Virus record (IMG/VR): IMGVR_UViG_3300032287_004273
Span: 15,359-79,358 of that record
Direction: 5' to 3' (one strand)
Length of the DNA: 64,000 nt
Source: a virus
In this document: positions 59,200-64,000 of the stretch, one piece after another
Numbering within the stretch: position 1 is the first letter of the stretch
How the letters are laid out: the number at the start of each line of letters is the position of its first letter
Made by a program: the position numbers and the translations under genes
The notes under the pieces: generated by a model
What the model was told of the DNA's origin: nothing
What the model saw: only the letters and a program-made list of their open reading frames with translations
Database searches by the model: none

Positions 59200-60721
59200 A
59201 TATATTTCAAACTTCACAATTGGGCAAATTAAAGTTTGTCCTATTATTGATACCTTTTCAAAAGCATCTTTGGAGCATTTAGCTCCACTTATTCCAAACA
59301 ATGAAGTAGATCTTAATGAAAATATTGATCTTTTAGGAGTGGCTTTTAATGCCGCAGTCGTAAATCGCTTTAATAAAAATGATGATGGTATTGATACGGA
59401 AACTGCACTAAGAATTGCAAAACTTTTTAAGCATAAGCCCACGAATATTGAACACAAAAAGGATAAAGTGGTTGGTCATATTTTAACTGCTGGATTTAGT
59501 TCTTATGGAGAGAATAAAATCTTAACTCCAGATGAACTTGATGGATATTCGGACGCTTTCAACATAGCGCTTGGCGCAGTTGTTTATAAATTTGTTAATA
59601 AAGAATTTGTTAATGCGTTACAAGCTTCTTCGGAAGATGCCAATAGCGAATATTATGGAAAAATATCAACAAGCTGGGAATTAGGATTTAATGAGTACAA
59701 AATTGCAGTAGGTTCTGAAAATTTAAAAGAAGCAGAAATCATAACAAACGAAAAACAAATTAATGAATTAAAAGGTAAGCTAAAATCTTATGGAGGATCT
59801 GGAAAATTAGACGATGGAACAAAAATTTACAGACTAGTTGTGGGTGAAGTTTATCCACTTGGCATTGGATTCACTACTAATCCAGCCGCTGATGTTAATG
59901 GCATTATTACTGAAAGGGCTGACAATTACGAAATTAAAGAGGAGCCTAAAGCTAAAGTATATCAGTATAAGTCACACTTTTTTAACAAAAAAAATTCCCA
60001 TTCAAAAAATAACGATGTAAATTCTCAAAAAGAAAGTGATATGAATTTAGACAATTTTATTTCTGAAGTTAAGGAAGCTTTAACCGAAAAGAAAGTCTCT
60101 CAAGAGACTGCAGCTAACATGACTGCTACTTTCACTGAAGCTATTAAACAAAAAGATACGGAATATCGCCAACAATTAGATGCTGCCAAATTAAACCAAG
60201 AAGCATCTGAAAAAGAAAAACTAGAACTTAAGGCTTCAGTTGAAGAAGTAAAGCAACAATTGGCCGATGCTCTTTCCAAGCTTCAAGAATTCGAAGATCA
60301 TAAAAGATCTGAATTAGCTAAAGCTCGTTTCAATCAAAGAATGCAAGAAATCGATGAAGCTTTCGATTTAGATGACGAAGATCGTCAAATTTTGGCTGCA
60401 GACATTCAATCTTTAGACGAATCAGAAGAAACTTTCGCTGCTTATAAAAATAAAATGGCAGTTCTTTGGAAGAATAAGAATAAAAAAGCTAAAGAAGAAA
60501 AAGAAAAAGAAATGAAGGCCGCTATCGATGCAGAAGTTGAAAAAAGACTTTCTGAATTCCAGAAATCCAAAGCTTCAAACTCAGTAGATGAAATTTTAGA
60601 CAATGCTAAAGCTGTTGAAGCTGGAGTGCCAAACAATAATCAAGAATCTTCAAAACCAAACAAATCCCTTTACGAAAAATTCTCAGAAGCTTTCAAAAGG
60701 GAAAACATCACAATTTCTTAA
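59186..60721 (+). CDS. prohead protease/scaffold fusion
   Basis: NKNDD, NIEH, VVGHI, SWE, PAA; acidic coiled-coil C-half. Confidence 0.7.
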   Translation: MSKYKYISNFTIGQIKVCPIIDTFSKASLEHLAPLIPNNEVDLNENIDLLGVAFNAAVVNRFNKNDDGIDTETALRIAKLFKHKPTNIEHKKDKVVGHILTAGFSSYGENKILTPDELDGYSDAFNIALGAVVYKFVNKEFVNALQASSEDANSEYYGKISTSWELGFNEYKIAVGSENLKEAEIITNEKQINELKGKLKSYGGSGKLDDGTKIYRLVVGEVYPLGIGFTTNPAADVNGIITERADNYEIKEEPKAKVYQYKSHFFNKKNSHSKNNDVNSQKESDMNLDNFISEVKEALTEKKVSQETAANMTATFTEAIKQKDTEYRQQLDAAKLNQEASEKEKLELKASVEEVKQQLADALSKLQEFEDHKRSELAKARFNQRMQEIDEAFDLDDEDRQILAADIQSLDESEETFAAYKNKMAVLWKNKNKKAKEEKEKEMKAAIDAEVEKRLSEFQKSKASNSVDEILDNAKAVEAGVPNNNQESSKPNKSLYEKFSEAFKRENITIS

Positions 60722-60747
60722 CAGAAAAATCAACAATATAAAACATT

Positions 60748-61398
60748 ATGGGCAAAAGACTATTACCCTTTAGACAATATAACGAGCATGAAGTTATCAA
60801 CATGTTCGCACTCGATGATAGCGTTTTAACAGCTACTCAAAGTATCACAGAAACTCATTCTGGCGATGCTGGAGTTTTCGTTAAAGTTAGCGCTGGCGAT
60901 TTGGATGCAGATCCAGTTACGTACACTTCTGATTCTTACTTAGGTAAGACTGATTTTCCGTATGTTGGAGCTAATGGCTATCCAAAAGTCAGCTTAAAAG
61001 TAACTCCTGCTGCTTCTGGAGATAGATTCCCACTTGGAATTACTCTCTTTGAAACTGCAAAGTATGACGAGAATGGCCAAAAGCTTCTCTATTACCCTCA
61101 AAAGGCCATGGATCATCAAGTGTTGCTCCCTGGACAATCTGTACCAATCGCTACAAGAGGCATATTTACTTTAGCATCCGCTGCAATCGATGGAAATTTA
61201 ACTGTTGGAGCTGGTTTCAAGCTTTCGGCTAACGCTGGAAAAATCACTGGAGCTGCTCTTAACGACAGTGTGGCACTTGGAACAGTTTTAGCAAAAGGAA
61301 CTAGAGGAGATAATGGAATTTCCTACAAGTTGAAAGATGGTTCAACTCAGGGAGACGCATTCTCTGGTTCTTACGCGATCATCAAACTAGGTTTCTAA
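60748..61398 (+). CDS. head decoration/cement protein
   Basis: Gly/Ala-rich beta protein between scaffold and capsid. Confidence 0.55.
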   Translation: MGKRLLPFRQYNEHEVINMFALDDSVLTATQSITETHSGDAGVFVKVSAGDLDADPVTYTSDSYLGKTDFPYVGANGYPKVSLKVTPAASGDRFPLGITLFETAKYDENGQKLLYYPQKAMDHQVLLPGQSVPIATRGIFTLASAAIDGNLTVGAGFKLSANAGKITGAALNDSVALGTVLAKGTRGDNGISYKLKDGSTQGDAFSGSYAIIKLGF

Positions 61399-61416
61399 TT
61401 TAAATAAAATAAAGAT

Positions 61417-62586
61417 ATGAAAATCTCACTCAAAAGAACTCCCGAACAGATCGAATTAGTAAAGGCTATGGCCTCCAAAAATCGTGATGTTGCATATGAA
61501 GCTCAAGTAGCTTTAGCGCAATTTCTTGGACCTGTTCTCGCTGAAGTAATCAACAACGCTCCTGTGTTGTCGAATCTCTTCTCAACTCTTCAATTCAATT
61601 CAGAAGATAATCCTTCAATTCCTTTGGATTTGTATTACGACATCACTGATGAAGATTATATTACTGTTTACAGCCAACAAGTAGCTGGTGGTCTTCCCAC
61701 TAACCAAGTATTGCCTGTTACTCAAGAAATGAAGTTGACTACCTATACTCTCGATTCTGCTCTCAGCTTTGATAAGCGTTATGCAGCCAAGAGCCGCATG
61801 GATGTAGTTAGCAAAACCTTCACTCGCATGGCTCAAGAAATTCTTTCTAAACAAGAAAGAACTTCTGGAAACTTGATTTTAACATCTTTGGCTAATGCTG
61901 AAACAAATGGCAAAAAGCACATTCAAAGAGCTAATGCAACTGGTCGTTTCTTGCTCCAAGACATGAACGAACTTTTAACATTGTCTCGTAGATTGTTCAC
62001 TTCCTTCTCAGCTGGCACTCCTGCTGATGGAGTAGCTGGAATGGGAATCACTGATTTGATGATTTCTCCAGAAATTGAAGAAGAACTTCGCGCAATGGCT
62101 TACAATCCAATCAGCACCAAGGGCGTATTGGCTACAACTCCAGATGGCAGCAACCCTGGTATCGCTGCTCCTGAGTCTGTTCGTGTTGGATTGTTCAATG
62201 GTGGTGGTGTTCCTTCATTCTATGGCGTTAACTTGTTAATCTTTAACGAGTTTGGTCTTGGAAGAAAGTTCAACACAGTATTTGATACTGTAGCTGGTTC
62301 AACTCAATGGCTCAAAGCTGACGGTGGTTATGTTGGTGCTAATGCGGGATCTGGAAATGATTTCGATGGCTCTAAAGACGAATTGTTACTTGGCATCAAT
62401 CGCAATCGCGAATCATTGATTCGTGCAGTAGCGACTGATGGCGAGAATGGTTCTGAATTCAGCTTGATCGCTGATGACCAATACAGCATCCGCCAAGGAA
62501 AGATTGGTTACTTTGGTTCTCTTGAAGAAGGTCGTATGGTACTCGATACTCGCGCACTCTTCGGCAAGATTGTCAAGCGTTCCTAG
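61417..62586 (+). CDS. major capsid protein
   Basis: 389 aa, position, biased codon usage, strong terminator after. Confidence 0.8.
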   Translation: MKISLKRTPEQIELVKAMASKNRDVAYEAQVALAQFLGPVLAEVINNAPVLSNLFSTLQFNSEDNPSIPLDLYYDITDEDYITVYSQQVAGGLPTNQVLPVTQEMKLTTYTLDSALSFDKRYAAKSRMDVVSKTFTRMAQEILSKQERTSGNLILTSLANAETNGKKHIQRANATGRFLLQDMNELLTLSRRLFTSFSAGTPADGVAGMGITDLMISPEIEEELRAMAYNPISTKGVLATTPDGSNPGIAAPESVRVGLFNGGGVPSFYGVNLLIFNEFGLGRKFNTVFDTVAGSTQWLKADGGYVGANAGSGNDFDGSKDELLLGINRNRESLIRAVATDGENGSEFSLIADDQYSIRQGKIGYFGSLEEGRMVLDTRALFGKIVKRS

Positions 62587-62608
62587 TCAAAATTAACAGA
62601 TTAAAATT

Positions 62609-62641
62609 TGGCCGCTCCTTTAAAGAGCGGCCATTTTTTTT
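62609..62641 (+). terminator. intrinsic terminator
   Basis: TGGCCGCTC/GAGCGGCCA plus T8. Confidence 0.85.
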
Positions 62642-62653
62642 ATAATAAATAGT

Positions 62654-63013
62654 ATGAAAAATATCGATGATCTAGAGCAGACTAATGGAAAAGATTTTGT
62701 GGAAAAACAAAAAGCTTTGGAGGAATTATTGGGTGTAAATAAAATTAGTCCGTTTGGAACTAATGAACTGGAAGTTTTTGAAGAAAATTTAAAGCATAGT
62801 ACGCATTCAGATCTTCAAAGATTAGCTCAAAGAGTTGGTCTAAATCCATTTTTGGACAAAAGTAGATTAAAAGGTTCTTTGATTAAAGAATTTAAATCTT
62901 ATACAAAAAACTCTAGAAGAAACTTAATTCCACAACCTGTAAAGGAAATTAAATTAGATAAAAACAATCCAGAACACGCAGAAACTATTAAATTTTTAGG
63001 AGAAATATTTTAA
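62654..63013 (+). CDS. hypothetical protein
   Basis: ORF after capsid. Confidence 0.65.
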   Translation: MKNIDDLEQTNGKDFVEKQKALEELLGVNKISPFGTNELEVFEENLKHSTHSDLQRLAQRVGLNPFLDKSRLKGSLIKEFKSYTKNSRRNLIPQPVKEIKLDKNNPEHAETIKFLGEIF

Positions 63014-63570
63014 TGAGTCAATTAGGTATTCTAGCTAGTGGTATATATGTAACTGAATTTGATTCGGATTCTACGGCAGCAAGTTATAATCAAATTTCTG
63101 GTTGGTTATCAGAAAATTTAGGCTTATTGAATACTTTTCTTAATACTAGTTTTTCTGGACAAAATCCAAACTTTGGTTTGGAGGAGCAGGCTATATATAA
63201 AGAAATATATTTATATAATTTTTATAATAAACAGTCTAGGAATATTTTGAGAGGAATAACTGCAACGTCAAATGCTGGCGATAATATTCTTTCAGTTTCT
63301 GATGGAGACAATCAGATTACTTTTGTTAATAGAAACGAAGTTGGCAAAGTGTATAGAGATTTAGCAAAGGAATCGAAGCAAAAATTAGATGGTTTAGTTG
63401 CAAAGTACAATATCTATCAAGCAAAACCACTTCAAGTTGGTGGGCACGAATCTATTTCAGTATCTGGATCTATTTTAGATTATTCTTCTTCTGCCGTTGG
63501 TTCCGCTGAAGGAGATGGAGGACTTCCAGATTCAAATGACGGCATTTATGATGCTGGAGAAGATGTTTAA
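63013..63570 (+). CDS. putative head-tail adaptor
   Basis: Position and size only. Confidence 0.45.
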   Translation: MSQLGILASGIYVTEFDSDSTAASYNQISGWLSENLGLLNTFLNTSFSGQNPNFGLEEQAIYKEIYLYNFYNKQSRNILRGITATSNAGDNILSVSDGDNQITFVNRNEVGKVYRDLAKESKQKLDGLVAKYNIYQAKPLQVGGHESISVSGSILDYSSSAVGSAEGDGGLPDSNDGIYDAGEDV

Positions 63571-63592
63571 TAATTAAGTGTAATTATGTAAA

Positions 63593-64000
63593 ATGTCTAC
63601 ATATCTCAGATTTTTACAAAGAAGAACTTCCATAACGGGGAGAGTCCCAGAAGTTACTGGATTATGTAGTGGAGAACTTTACGTTCAACTTGCCGATAAA
63701 ACAATTTATTATAGGAATTGCGATCAGCAATTAACTACAGTTTTAACAGATGGTTATGCCTATGGGCAAAATGTTATAAAATTTAGCGGTGCTGAAAGTG
63801 GTGATTTTGCGCTTTGGAATGGAAGTAATTTTATTCCATATAATACTGGAGATTTAGCTTCTGCTATTCAAGCTTTCAGCGTTGATCTCACACCTTACGA
63901 AACGACTGGCTATGCACGTACATGCTACGTCACGACTGGCGAAACGGGATCGTTTGCAAGTAGCGTTGATCTCACACCTTACGAAACGACTGGCTATGCA
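63593..64000 (+). CDS. fibre-like structural protein (truncated) with 28-aa repeat
   Basis: MSTYLRFLQRRT...P..GEL..D; SVDLTPYETTGYA repeated at 63878 and 63962. Confidence 0.55.
   Translation, partial: MSTYLRFLQRRTSITGRVPEVTGLCSGELYVQLADKTIYYRNCDQQLTTVLTDGYAYGQNVIKFSGAESGDFALWNGSNFIPYNTGDLASAIQAFSVDLTPYETTGYARTCYVTTGETGSFASSVDLTPYETTGYA

Noticed and set aside
1-64000. Stop-codon reassignment
   Set aside because: Conserved genes are full length in code 11 and end in TAA, TAG or TGA; no suppressor tRNA.
1-64000. Host assignment or prophage status
   Set aside because: No host genes, integrase or att site recognised; only a diderm, sigma70-consensus host can be loosely inferred.

Overview
64 kb of a large, AT-rich tailed dsDNA phage genome (standard genetic code; no integrase or cas gene recognised). 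Left to right: (i) 1-2 kb, end of a leftward lambda-type tail-tip module (gpL/gpK/gpI-like); (ii) 2-36.5 kb, rightward middle/accessory genes (GMP reductase, GH46-like endolysin, three tRNAs plus an unexplained ~280-nt structured RNA, glycosyl/pyruvyl transferases, a T4 beta-glucosyltransferase-like protein, ThyX, dCMP deaminase, sigma factor, MoxR/VWA, ACP, lysis genes, many small ORFs, a ~70-bp-periodic palindrome array at 34.4-34.7 kb, RuvB-like ATPase); (iii) 36.5-48.7 kb, a visibly GC-richer leftward early-type region built from self-contained promoter-gene-hairpin cassettes, including four tRNAs; (iv) 48.9-64 kb, rightward late/head module (PhoH, second sigma-like factor, ERCC4 nuclease, terminase, portal, protease/scaffold, major capsid). 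The most striking unexplained system is in (iii): 15 copies of the palindrome CCAGGG-N4-CCCTGG, mostly within TAATAGTTNTTGACA-N5/6-CCAGGG..., sit at fixed distances upstream of the cassette promoters. The 4-nt core is flipped in three copies, the array is bracketed by 29-bp inverted repeats that also contain a half-site of the 34.5-kb palindrome, and some cassettes carry candidate small RNAs antisense to the start regions of other cassette genes. All calls come from reading motifs by eye; no searches were run.
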